Shown: positions 9,121 through 18,125 of the stretch, piece after piece | How the letters are laid out: each line of letters begins with the position of its first letter | Position numbering within the stretch: the first letter of the stretch is position 1 | Assembly (NCBI GenBank): GCA_049423385.1 | Contig: JBMSQQ010000001.1 | Span: 25,492 to 89,491, forward strand | Direction of reading: 5' to 3' | Source: Silvanigrellaceae bacterium | Lineage (GTDB): Bacteria; Bdellovibrionota_B; Oligoflexia; Silvanigrellales; Silvanigrellaceae | DNA: 64,000 nucleotides | Made by a program: the position numbers and the translations under genes | Notes under the pieces: generated by a model | Database searches by the model: none | What the model saw: the letters and a program-made list of their open reading frames with translations, nothing else | What the model was told of the DNA's origin: nothing

Positions 9121-9987
9121 CTACTTTTTCCAGCGATCGTGCATCCAAAAATATTCCTTGGGATTGGCAACAATCATTTGTTCGACGACTTGATTCATCC
9201 GTTGTCCGTTCGTGCGGATGAATTCATCAGCTGTCCAGAGAGAATTCGTCTCGATTTTGAACTCATCGTGAAAAATCACCTGGAATCGATTGTATCCCCT
9301 TCTTGCAACCGTCACCGGCAGAATCGGTGCTTCATATTGTTTCCAAAGCGCAATAAGACTCGTGTTCGTCCATGCAGGTTCACCAAAAAAGGGCAGGAGG
9401 GTTCCTTTACTGCGCCGCTGATCCACCATGAATCCAACGACTTCATTTTTCCGCAGGCCATCCAACAGACGTGCTGTTCGGCTGGTTCCTTTGCCACGTT
9501 CATTCACGATTTCAACAATGCCATTCTTTTCCCGGCGAGCCTTGACCCACAATGCCAACTTGCCCTTGCCGATTGGTTTCACGGGCGCGTGGACCAAGGC
9601 AAAGTTTTTGCCCACGGCAGAGCCCATCAATTCGAAATTGCCCATGTGGATGCCCATCAAATACACGCCACGCCCCCGCCCGAGAGCTTCATTCATTCTC
9701 TCCGGGTTGATGAATTCAACCTGCTGCTGTGGAAAAACAATGCGGGCCGAAAAAAATTCGAGCGTCGTCAGAATGAAATTTGCAAGGGACGCGCGGCCGA
9801 TGCCTACGCATACGTTGGGATTGGCGTCCCGACCAAAGGCCCTGCCAATGTTTTGCAGAACCATCTTTCGCCGAAGTCGAATGACATCAAAACCTATCAC
9901 AGCCAGAGTCCAGGCAATGAAGGAACGCCCACGAGGACCCAGAGCAGCCAGGCTGACTCCCAAGGCTTCTGCCAGAAACACTATCAT
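9121..9987 (-). CDS. Lipid A secondary (lauroyl/myristoyl) acyltransferase, LpxL/HtrB family
   Basis: HMGNFE catalytic dyad motif, VDQ, PFFG, EYFWMHDRWK C-terminus. Confidence 0.88.
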   Translation of the reverse strand: MIVFLAEALGVSLAALGPRGRSFIAWTLAVIGFDVIRLRRKMVLQNIGRAFGRDANPNVCVGIGRASLANFILTTLEFFSARIVFPQQQVEFINPERMNEALGRGRGVYLMGIHMGNFELMGSAVGKNFALVHAPVKPIGKGKLALWVKARREKNGIVEIVNERGKGTSRTARLLDGLRKNEVVGFMVDQRRSKGTLLPFFGEPAWTNTSLIALWKQYEAPILPVTVARRGYNRFQVIFHDEFKIETNSLWTADEFIRTNGQRMNQVVEQMIVANPKEYFWMHDRWKK

Positions 9988-10065
9988 TTTCAGGATCCTC
10001 CCGAACATCTCTGTCGGAAAATTTTGCAGCGCAGAAAAATCGGGTCGCACGCGACCCAAAGAATG

Positions 10066-10092
10066 TCAAGTTATTGCTGAATTCTCCGATCA
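10066..10092 (+). promoter_or_regulatory. Possible sigma-28-type promoter
   Basis: TCAA(GTT)-N15-TCCGATCA upstream of the OMP gene; imperfect match. Confidence 0.4.
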
Positions 10093-10130
10093 CCCTCACA
10101 GACTCACACGTGAAATGGAGACTATCCGCT

Positions 10131-10832
10131 ATGTTGCGCTGCATGGGCCCAATTTCAAGATTACTTTGCGCGGCAGGAGTTTGCTCACTGTCGGCAACAG
10201 CCCTGGCTTCCGATGGCGCACTTCGAATTCCAGCCCTGTCAGCGTTCGCGGAAGTTGGCTACTTTACCTACAAAAGCAAGTTGGCTGCGAGCAACGACAC
10301 TGGCTTGCGTTACAGTTATGGCTTTCAGATTTTTGGTGGAGACGACCGCAATCTTGGAGCCGGGATGCGGGCAAACACCATGGCCGCCTCTTTCGCTCTC
10401 AACTCGAACAAGGTGACGGAGAAAAACCAGTCGTTCATCTTCAATTATCGAAAAGGATTTGTTTACGCAGGCGCCGCATTCGGAACAACGCAGGTTGCCT
10501 TCACGGAAAATGGAACAGACGCCATGGATGCTTTCGGCAACACCATGGGTGGAAACCTGGGCGCCATGATTCCATTTGGCCGCGGCAATCTTGTTCAAAG
10601 CGATGTTCTCATCCTCAAACCATCCAGCGTGAAGGATTCACAGCAGCGGAACGTCAGCCTTGGCTTGAGAATAGAGTCGGACACCACCTTGAGTTTCGCA
10701 CTTTCCAGAAAATTCATCGATCTGGTGCTGGGCTTCAAGTACATCAAGCATACTGCGACGGTTGGCAGTGCCGGCGGCACAGAAACACAGACGATTCCCT
10801 CGGCAGGATTGCGATTCGGCGCGAACCTTTAA
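10131..10832 (+). CDS. Outer-membrane beta-barrel protein (hypothetical)
   Basis: Signal peptide ending ALA, alternating amphipathic beta-strands, C-terminal AGLRFGANL beta-signal-like end. Confidence 0.65.
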   Translation: MLRCMGPISRLLCAAGVCSLSATALASDGALRIPALSAFAEVGYFTYKSKLAASNDTGLRYSYGFQIFGGDDRNLGAGMRANTMAASFALNSNKVTEKNQSFIFNYRKGFVYAGAAFGTTQVAFTENGTDAMDAFGNTMGGNLGAMIPFGRGNLVQSDVLILKPSSVKDSQQRNVSLGLRIESDTTLSFALSRKFIDLVLGFKYIKHTATVGSAGGTETQTIPSAGLRFGANL

Positions 10833-10895
10833 GACAAAATCCTCGCCCGGATCTTTTTGAATTCATTTATTGAAGACTGTTATGACCAGAGAGGG

Positions 10896-10971
10896 TGGTC
10901 GGGGATACGCGACTCGAACGCGTGACCTCTTGCTCCCGAAACAAGCGCGCTACCAACTGCGCTAATCCCCG
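10896..10971 (-). tRNA. tRNA-Pro (anticodon CGG)
   Basis: Reverse complement folds as a cloverleaf: acceptor CGGGGAT/ATCCCCG, D-arm GCGC, anticodon loop TTCGGGA, T-loop TTCGAGT, A73 and encoded CCA. Confidence 0.97.
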
Positions 10972-10981
10972 AATTAAGCTT

Positions 10982-13045
10982 TCAACGACCACCGAGTCCT
11001 TGTTGACCCGCAGTAGCCCCTCTTTGATTCGTCAATTCGACCAAATCTCGCAAGATATTGAGGGCCTCGCCCAGCTGGATGTCGGATTTGCGCACGACAA
11101 TATTGTCGTCTCGCATTTCCTTGAGCTCTTGCTCCTCTTTTTCCTTGTCCTTGATCCGCTCTGCCTTGCTCTTGGCGTCTTCAAGCAATGAAAGTGCAGC
11201 GCGATCTTTTTCCTTTCGAGCCTTATCTATTTTTTCCTTGAGCTCGGAAAATTCTTTTGACTTTGCCACCCGATCCTTGCTGGCCTGTTCCAGTGCGGGA
11301 ATCAAGGCATCTATCTTTCCAATCACGCGAAAGCCGGGAGCCTGCTGAATGGTGTCGTTCTTCAAAACGAAGTCGTTCTCTTTTTCACCCACATCGCTGG
11401 CTTCCAGAACACTCGGAATCATGATGTCGGACTGCACACCAATTTCCTGGTTGCTGCGCCCACTGGGGCGATAGAATTTTTGTTGCGTGATCTTCAATGC
11501 CCCGTTGGACTGACGACCTTCTGTTCCAGGAACTTCCTGGACCACCTGAACTGTAGCTTTGCCGTAGGTGTGGCTGTCTCCAACAATCACCGCCCTGCGA
11601 TAATCCTGCAATGCACCCGAAACAATCTCAGAGGCAGATGCACTGTGCTTGTTGATTAACACGACCAACGGCCCGGAATATTGCTGCGAAGGATCTGCGT
11701 CCAGCAAAGGTCTGCGACTGCGTTTGCGGTCGACGGTTTGAACCACAGGCCCTTCTTCGATGAACAAGCCCGACAATTGAATGCTCTCGCTCAGATCGCC
11801 TCCGCCATTGTTGCGCAGGTCGAGGAGAACCCCGTCAACCTTTGCGGCCTGGAGTTTTTTCAATTCACGCAGAACATGAATCGCAGCTCCGCCGCATTCG
11901 CGAAAGAATCGAGCGCGACATGAAAAGTCTGTATAAAACGCCGGAAGGCGAACAACACCGAGCTTTTTTCCATTGACTTCGACAGCTTCGCCCTTGGCTT
12001 CGGCGGAAGCAATTTTCACTGCATCCCGGATGATGGGAATGATGATTCGCTCGGTGTTTCCCTGTTCTGTTTTCCGCAAGACCTGGAGCGTCACGCGCGT
12101 GCCTTTTTTGCCGCGGATAAGTCGCACTGCCTTGCTCAATTCCAAGTCGATCAGATCGGTCGTTCCCTGGCCATCTCCTGAATCAACAGCAACAATCTTG
12201 TCGCCCACCTTGAGACGACCGTCGCGCTGTGCGGCACCACCCGCGATGAGCGCCTGAACGGTGATGTATCCATCAACTTCCTGCAAAGTCGCACCAATAC
12301 CTTCGAGTTGATTCCCCAACCTGATGTTGAAATCTTCCTGCTCAACAGGAAGAAGATGCGTGGAATGAGGATCAAGCGACAAGGCGAACGCGTTCAGGAA
12401 AAGATTGTTGACCTCATCCGAACTCATCTCTTCAAAGTTTTTGCGAATTTGATCATAGCGTCGCTTCAGACGTTCTCGTGCTTTGGGTTCACCGTCCGGA
12501 TCCTTCATGGTCATGACCTGGAATTTGATTCTCTTGCGCCAGCGCTCATTCAGTTGAACGATGTCTGGAGACCAGTCTTGTTTGCCGACGCTCATTTCCT
12601 CTGCGACGTTGAATGCAAACGGCTTTGCCAACAACGAATCCGCATATTGACTGCGCTCTTTGACGCGAGCCAGGAAAACCTTGTGGACACTGTCGATAAA
12701 GCCACAGTCGGCCTTGGCGATGTTTTCGTCAATCTTTTCTTGCAGCTTGGCGAATTGAGCGAAGTCGGATTTCAGGAAATAAAACTTGCCCGGATCGAGC
12801 GTTTCAAAAAACTTGCCATACGTGCGGCGCGACAATTCCTTGTCGAACGAACGATAGACGTAATGATTTTGCAAATAGACATCGACCCTGTTGCGCACTT
12901 CGCGGCACGTCAGGATCGGATTTGGAGAATTCGCATTTCGGCCAGTCGCTCCACTGGCAACCATCATCAAGGTTGCAACAAGCACTCCGGCGGTTAACAC
13001 CACCATCCAGCGCGCTCCCCCTGACCAGCTCCTTGCTTTCACCAT
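10982..13045 (-). CDS. prc: Carboxy-terminal processing protease Prc/Tsp (S41, PDZ)
   Basis: LDPHS, GIGA PDZ, LDLRNNGGG, SASASEI (catalytic Ser), TYGKATVQ (Lys), KFYRPSG. Confidence 0.93.
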   Translation of the reverse strand: MVKARSWSGGARWMVVLTAGVLVATLMMVASGATGRNANSPNPILTCREVRNRVDVYLQNHYVYRSFDKELSRRTYGKFFETLDPGKFYFLKSDFAQFAKLQEKIDENIAKADCGFIDSVHKVFLARVKERSQYADSLLAKPFAFNVAEEMSVGKQDWSPDIVQLNERWRKRIKFQVMTMKDPDGEPKARERLKRRYDQIRKNFEEMSSDEVNNLFLNAFALSLDPHSTHLLPVEQEDFNIRLGNQLEGIGATLQEVDGYITVQALIAGGAAQRDGRLKVGDKIVAVDSGDGQGTTDLIDLELSKAVRLIRGKKGTRVTLQVLRKTEQGNTERIIIPIIRDAVKIASAEAKGEAVEVNGKKLGVVRLPAFYTDFSCRARFFRECGGAAIHVLRELKKLQAAKVDGVLLDLRNNGGGDLSESIQLSGLFIEEGPVVQTVDRKRSRRPLLDADPSQQYSGPLVVLINKHSASASEIVSGALQDYRRAVIVGDSHTYGKATVQVVQEVPGTEGRQSNGALKITQQKFYRPSGRSNQEIGVQSDIMIPSVLEASDVGEKENDFVLKNDTIQQAPGFRVIGKIDALIPALEQASKDRVAKSKEFSELKEKIDKARKEKDRAALSLLEDAKSKAERIKDKEKEEQELKEMRDDNIVVRKSDIQLGEALNILRDLVELTNQRGATAGQQGLGGR

Positions 13046-13214
13046 TGCGCAAAACTCCTTTTACCAATGACCCTCGGTTCCAACACATACACTGAAGCCT
13101 GGGGAGGCGCTGGTCAATCGGGAAATATGGCCGCCCGACAGACAAAGTTGGCACTTCGCTATTTGTGCCTTATACCCTCACTGGACCCACGAAAATGGAG
13201 AACAGGCGAGCACC

Positions 13215-13700
13215 ATGACGCACCCAACTGCGCCATCAGACACCACCCGGGATGCAAGAATTCACGAGGCATTCGATGCCTATCTGTCCCGTCTTGGCCT
13301 GCGTCAGACCAAGCAGCGCAAAATCATCGTTGAAGCCGCCCTGCAGATTGGCCCCCATGTGGATGCCGAAGCCATTGCCACCCGGGCACGCCAACTCGAC
13401 CGCAGCATCGGAACCGCAACTGTTTATCGCACACTTCAATTGATGACAGCAGCCGGACTTTTGTTGGAACATTCGTTTGGCAAAGACCGGTCAACCTTTG
13501 AATTTGTTGGCCCAGACAAAGAACATCACGACCATTTGATTTGCAACCAGTGCGGCTGCATCGTCGAGTTCTGCGACGAGCCTTTGGAAAAACTTCAAGA
13601 ACAAATTGCAAAAAGGCTTGGATTCAGGCTTAAAAACCACCGCATGGAATTGTTTGCGGACTGCCTGACGCCTTCCAATTGCAGTCGACGCAAAGCATAG
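13215..13700 (+). CDS. fur: Fur-family transcriptional regulator
   Basis: T.QR..I, ATVYRTL, HHDHLICNQCG motifs. Confidence 0.9.
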   Translation: MTHPTAPSDTTRDARIHEAFDAYLSRLGLRQTKQRKIIVEAALQIGPHVDAEAIATRARQLDRSIGTATVYRTLQLMTAAGLLLEHSFGKDRSTFEFVGPDKEHHDHLICNQCGCIVEFCDEPLEKLQEQIAKRLGFRLKNHRMELFADCLTPSNCSRRKA

Positions 13701-13715
13701 AGAGGATTCACGACA

Positions 13716-15305
13716 ATGACCGACAATTCAGCCAGCTCGCTCAAGGCCCCCGTTCTGCCCAAGACCAAAATCTTGTGGTCACTGTCGCAGTCCTCGTTTG
13801 AGAAAAAATCGAGAACCGAAATCGCCGCTCATTTATGCGCAATCGACATCAACGCGCTTCGGGTCACCGTGACTCCCAGCCTGTTGCCTCGTCTGCAAGC
13901 ACTTCGAGAAGACATTTCAGCCCAACTGCGCTCGACTCTTCATCGACCAAATGTCGGAGGATTGATTCCCTTTGTGTGCAGCCTTGTGGGACGTCGTGCA
14001 CGACTGAGGGTGCCCAATGGCAGCCGCGACATTCCTGCCGGCGAACCATTCACGGTTCTCATGCGCACCGACTTCGAAGCCTGTGTGCATCCGGATCAAC
14101 TCCCCCATCCCTCGGATGTGGAAATTGTCATGAGTTCAGCGGATGTTGCGAACAAAATCGCGGTCGGCAGCCAACTGACCGTGTCTTATGGCCAAACAGT
14201 TCTGGAAGTCACCGGACTGGAGACCACGGGCGGGCAGCAAAGACTCAAGGTGGTGGCATCTCAACCAACCCAGCTGCTTTCAGGAATGGATATTCATTCG
14301 CCAAACTTGTCGAGGCAACTGCTCCCGTTGCTTCCCCAGGATGAAGAAGTCATCAACCACAAGTTCAGTCACATTGCCGACTATGTGATCATTCATGGAG
14401 TGAACAGCAAAGAAGAATTGCTCAAAATCAAGGCTCGCATCATGCCTGAACATTCAGGCCAAGGCTCGTTGAGACACCCCAGTGTGCCTGTCGGACCCGC
14501 AGTGCGCGACAGCAAAGCTTCACTTCCACCTCGTTGGATTTGGAAAGTGGATTCCCGCGAGTCACTGGAACTTCTGCCTACCATTCTCGAGAACGTCGAT
14601 GGTGTGCTGTTGAGTCGTTCTGAACTTGGCTTGACCATTCCACCGAACAGTCTTCCGATCATCCAGAAGGATCTTCTCGCACGCTGCAACCAGGCAGCAA
14701 AAATCGTGATTGTTGCTTCCGAACTCATGTATTCGATGCGGGTCAACCCGAACCCGACACGTGCCGAAGTGAGCGACCTCGCCAACGCTGCTGCAGATGG
14801 CGCAGATGCCTTGTTGTTGGCGGAAGAGGTGACTGAAGGGCCGTTTGGTCCTTTGGTGGCAGAAATGTCACAGGAGACTTTGGTCAACGCCGCACCGTTT
14901 CTCGAATCAAACTGGAATCGGGTTCAATTCCAGGCAAAGTCGGATGAAGACGCCATTGCATATGGAGCATTGAAGGTGGCACGCGAAATTGGCGCACGCG
15001 CCATCGTCTGCCTGACGGAGGGTGGCTACACGGCGTACCGGCTCGCTTCCCTGCGCACACCCGTTGAAGTCATTGCAATCTCGTACAACGAAAACATCAT
15101 GCGACAGTTGGCATTGGTGAACTCGGTTCGTGGAATGACCATCGACAGCAATTTGCCGTTTGATCAAATTCTTGCTGAAACAAAGCTGAAGCTTCACCAA
15201 TCATTTGGATTCAACAAGGGCGACAAAATCGTCTTTGTATCGCTCACTGCATCGAGCGTCTCGGCACGAAATTCCAATATTTTCACAGTTCAGGAAATTG
15301 ATTAA
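13716..15305 (+). CDS. Pyruvate-kinase-like protein with substituted active-site motifs
   Basis: TKI N-terminus, PTRAEVSDLANA..DGAD, C-domain AIVCLTEGGYTA..R; many canonical residues altered. Confidence 0.8.
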   Translation: MTDNSASSLKAPVLPKTKILWSLSQSSFEKKSRTEIAAHLCAIDINALRVTVTPSLLPRLQALREDISAQLRSTLHRPNVGGLIPFVCSLVGRRARLRVPNGSRDIPAGEPFTVLMRTDFEACVHPDQLPHPSDVEIVMSSADVANKIAVGSQLTVSYGQTVLEVTGLETTGGQQRLKVVASQPTQLLSGMDIHSPNLSRQLLPLLPQDEEVINHKFSHIADYVIIHGVNSKEELLKIKARIMPEHSGQGSLRHPSVPVGPAVRDSKASLPPRWIWKVDSRESLELLPTILENVDGVLLSRSELGLTIPPNSLPIIQKDLLARCNQAAKIVIVASELMYSMRVNPNPTRAEVSDLANAAADGADALLLAEEVTEGPFGPLVAEMSQETLVNAAPFLESNWNRVQFQAKSDEDAIAYGALKVAREIGARAIVCLTEGGYTAYRLASLRTPVEVIAISYNENIMRQLALVNSVRGMTIDSNLPFDQILAETKLKLHQSFGFNKGDKIVFVSLTASSVSARNSNIFTVQEID

Positions 15306-15691
15306 TCGCCGCTTGTATCGCCCTTGATTCCGTTGGGCACGGGTCCCATCGAACCGCTCTTGCGTCTTTCCTCGATTCGCCTGAGCTTGTCGACCACACT
15401 CGGCTCGAGATCGATTCCGCGCGCGTTGCAGTAATTCATCAGCGCAATGAAGACATCTGCTGCTTCATCGGCAATCGCCCGCGGCTCGATAGCGCAATTT
15501 GGATCTCGCCATAGTTTTTTCTCGAGATTCGCCAGTTCGCCACATTCACCCGCAAGTTCCAGGGCAAAAAAAGAAGCGCTCCGCTGCCCAAAGGCGCGGA
15601 GCTGATAGTCCATGAAAGACTGTTGAGTTTTTTTGAGACCCTCGACCCCTGGGGGGACGAGAGTCTCAATCATATTGGAGCCGGGTTTCAC
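15302..15691 (-). CDS. MazG-like all-alpha NTP pyrophosphohydrolase
   Basis: LAGECGELAN..KK and IADEAADVF motifs. Confidence 0.8.
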   Translation of the reverse strand: MKPGSNMIETLVPPGVEGLKKTQQSFMDYQLRAFGQRSASFFALELAGECGELANLEKKLWRDPNCAIEPRAIADEAADVFIALMNYCNARGIDLEPSVVDKLRRIEERRKSGSMGPVPNGIKGDTSGD

Positions 15692-16629
15692 AGAAAACCC
15701 TTGGTGATGTTCATCAGCTCGACGTTTGCAGCGACAGATTTCTTGAACGCTTCGCTTTCCGATGGGCTGAGTTCGAACTGGTAGATTTTCTCTACACCCT
15801 TGTTGGTCAGCTTGACCGGCACGCCAACAAAGCAGTCGGACACTCCGAATTCACCCTTGAGTTCCACAGAGCAGGGAAGCACACGGCCCTGGTTGCGAAC
15901 GATTGCTTCAACCATGAGTGCAGTGCCCGAACCAGGCGCAAGCCAGGCAGAAGTGCCGATGAGTGCCGTGAGTTCCGCTCCACCTTTTTTGGTGCGCTCC
16001 ACCACATCCGTCACTTGTTGTTCGTTGAGCATTTTTGTCAGTGGCACGCCGCCGACCATTGCAGTCGAGATGACTGGAACCATGTCCTTGTCGGTGTGGG
16101 CACCCAGAACAATTGCATGCACATCTTCAACCGACGCACCGGTTGCAAGAGCAATGTTTGTGCGGAAGCGAGCCGAGTCGAGCGTTCCTGCAGAACCAAT
16201 CACGCGCTCACGAGGAAAGCCGGTGACTTGCTTGGCAACATAGACCATTGCATCGAGAGGATTCGAAACCACAATCAAAATCGAATTTGGAGCAAACTTT
16301 TTAACGTTCTGACAGATTTCCTTGACGATTCCGGCGTTGATGTTCACCAGTTCCTCGCGGCTCTGGCCAGGCTTGCGTGGAACACCCGCGGTCATGACGA
16401 CAACGTCGGCATCCTGCATCAGCGCAGCATCGCTTCCGGCGGTGAAGGCGTTGTTGAATCCTTCGAATGGTCCACATTGCGTCAGGTCGAGTCCGCGACC
16501 CTTTGCAACATCACCCTTGAGGTCGATGAGAACGAGCTCACCCAACTCCTTGATGGCAGCCCAGTGCGCCACCGCTGCACCCACGTTTCCACCCGCACCC
16601 ACAATTGCAATCTTTGGACGTTTCACCAT
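15688..16629 (-). CDS. mdh: Malate dehydrogenase (LDH-like)
   Basis: GAGGNVG Rossmann, AGVPRKPG, SNPLD, LDSARF, catalytic His in LGAH. Confidence 0.93.
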   Translation of the reverse strand: MVKRPKIAIVGAGGNVGAAVAHWAAIKELGELVLIDLKGDVAKGRGLDLTQCGPFEGFNNAFTAGSDAALMQDADVVVMTAGVPRKPGQSREELVNINAGIVKEICQNVKKFAPNSILIVVSNPLDAMVYVAKQVTGFPRERVIGSAGTLDSARFRTNIALATGASVEDVHAIVLGAHTDKDMVPVISTAMVGGVPLTKMLNEQQVTDVVERTKKGGAELTALIGTSAWLAPGSGTALMVEAIVRNQGRVLPCSVELKGEFGVSDCFVGVPVKLTNKGVEKIYQFELSPSESEAFKKSVAANVELMNITKGFL

Positions 16630-16654
16630 GATCCAGGCTCCCTTGATTAGAAAA

Positions 16655-17404
16655 TTACGGTTTATCGGCAACAAACAATCGCGTGGCTCCCGAGAGCCAC
16701 ATCTGCTGTGACACGTTTATAAAACCAATATCTCCCAGCGTCTGGGCAAACGATTCAGCGCTCGGCATGGATCCCACCGACGCAGGCAAATATTGGTACG
16801 CATCACGATCAGAAAGCAGACCTCCCACTTTGGGCAGCACATTTTTAAAGTAAAAATCGAACGCTTTTGCGAAGACTGTACTGTGGGGTTGGAAAAATTC
16901 CAAAACCAGCAAACGACCACCGGGCTTCAGCACTCGAAACATGTCTCTTAAAGCTTGCTCGCGGTTGTCCACGTTGCGCAATCCAAATGCGATTGTCACA
17001 GCGTGGGCACTGTTGGTGTCGGCAGGAATAGCCTCGGCAGACGCCTGGGTGAACGAACAGCGCAGATTGCGCTTGCGAACCCATTTGCCAATGTCGGGTC
17101 GTCCCTCGCCTCGCCGCAACATTTCAAAGGAAATGTCATATCCGCGAATTTCCGCATAGTCCTGGCGCCGGCGCGCAACTTCCAACATCACGTCTCCGGT
17201 ACCACAGGCAATGTCGTACAAAATTCCTTGCCTGTCGGTTTGAATCGGCAATTTGGCAACCAGTGCCTTTCGCCAGCGAACATCCTGACGCGCGCTCAAC
17301 AAACGATTGAGCAGGTCGTATCGCTCGGCGATGCGATCAAACATCACTTGAACCCTTTGGGATTTTTCACTCAGTCGAAGCAAATCATTGGGCCTGTAGA
17401 CCAC
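16655..17404 (-). CDS. ubiE: UbiE/MenG ubiquinone/menaquinone C-methyltransferase
   Basis: MFDRIA.RYDLLN, DIACGTGD, IAFGLRNV, RVLKPGG, YQYL..S. GTG start after GAGAGG. Confidence 0.9.
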   Translation of the reverse strand: MVYRPNDLLRLSEKSQRVQVMFDRIAERYDLLNRLLSARQDVRWRKALVAKLPIQTDRQGILYDIACGTGDVMLEVARRRQDYAEIRGYDISFEMLRRGEGRPDIGKWVRKRNLRCSFTQASAEAIPADTNSAHAVTIAFGLRNVDNREQALRDMFRVLKPGGRLLVLEFFQPHSTVFAKAFDFYFKNVLPKVGGLLSDRDAYQYLPASVGSMPSAESFAQTLGDIGFINVSQQMWLSGATRLFVADKP

Positions 17405-17483
17405 GGAAGTCCTCTCATGCAATCGCAGCGCAAATGCAGCGCGAAATTGCCTTTTGTTTACGTCCCGCAGCGAGAAATGGCAA

Positions 17484-18125
17484 CTAAACGCCAGCCAGGA
17501 TTCGCCGTATATGGCTGCTGTCGACGCAGCGAAGCACGGTGCCCTCGGGTGGGAGCGGTGTCCGTCCTGCTGGCCAGAGGAAAGCCTGACCCGTCTGCAT
17601 GGAAACGCCAAAATCAGATTGCTTTACAATGCGGCGATTCCAGGTGCTCAGCAAATCGCGAAACAATCGTCCCGCCTCGCCGGACGGAACAACCCCCGAA
17701 CCAACTTCAGCCGAAATCAAGACAACACTGCACTTCAAGTCATTGAGTGAAGCAAGCAGCTGAGTGAATTCCATGTCCAGATGAACTTTCAGTTGACTCG
17801 TGGTGTAGAGCGACATGCCCCGGTGAATTTGGGCTGCCAACCAAAGATTCAAAGAGTCCATCACGAACACCTGGGGTGAACCTGCAGATTCCCTTCCGAT
17901 GCTCGCCTGTCCTGGCCAGGCCCATGGGCCATCAAACAACAGCCAGCCGGGGTTTCGATTGCTTTTGAGACTTGCCAAGCGTTCCTGCCAATCCAAGTCC
18001 GTGGACTGCTCAGTTGCCGTTCCCCACCATTCCACGTCCTTGAAGGATTCACAGGCATCAGTGACAAAATCGCTTTTGCCGCTCTTGGCACCGCCTGAAA
18101 CAAAAATCCATTTGTCCATGCTCAT
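17484..18125 (-). CDS. cobU: CobU/CobP-like adenosylcobinamide kinase / guanylyltransferase homolog
   Basis: GGAKSGKS P-loop, DSLNLW, EVGSGVVP, RLFRD motifs; the guanylyl-accepting His appears absent. Confidence 0.8.
   Translation of the reverse strand: MSMDKWIFVSGGAKSGKSDFVTDACESFKDVEWWGTATEQSTDLDWQERLASLKSNRNPGWLLFDGPWAWPGQASIGRESAGSPQVFVMDSLNLWLAAQIHRGMSLYTTSQLKVHLDMEFTQLLASLNDLKCSVVLISAEVGSGVVPSGEAGRLFRDLLSTWNRRIVKQSDFGVSMQTGQAFLWPAGRTPLPPEGTVLRCVDSSHIRRILAGV

Noticed and set aside
9139..10873. Long plus-strand ORFs 9139-10080 and 9428-10873
   Set aside because: Antisense or out-of-frame shadows of the lipid A acyltransferase and the OMP gene; no recognisable motifs.
10833..10981. tRNA-Pro as an integration site or island boundary
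   Set aside because: No integrase, no duplicated tRNA 3' end noticed and no evident compositional shift; flanking genes look native.
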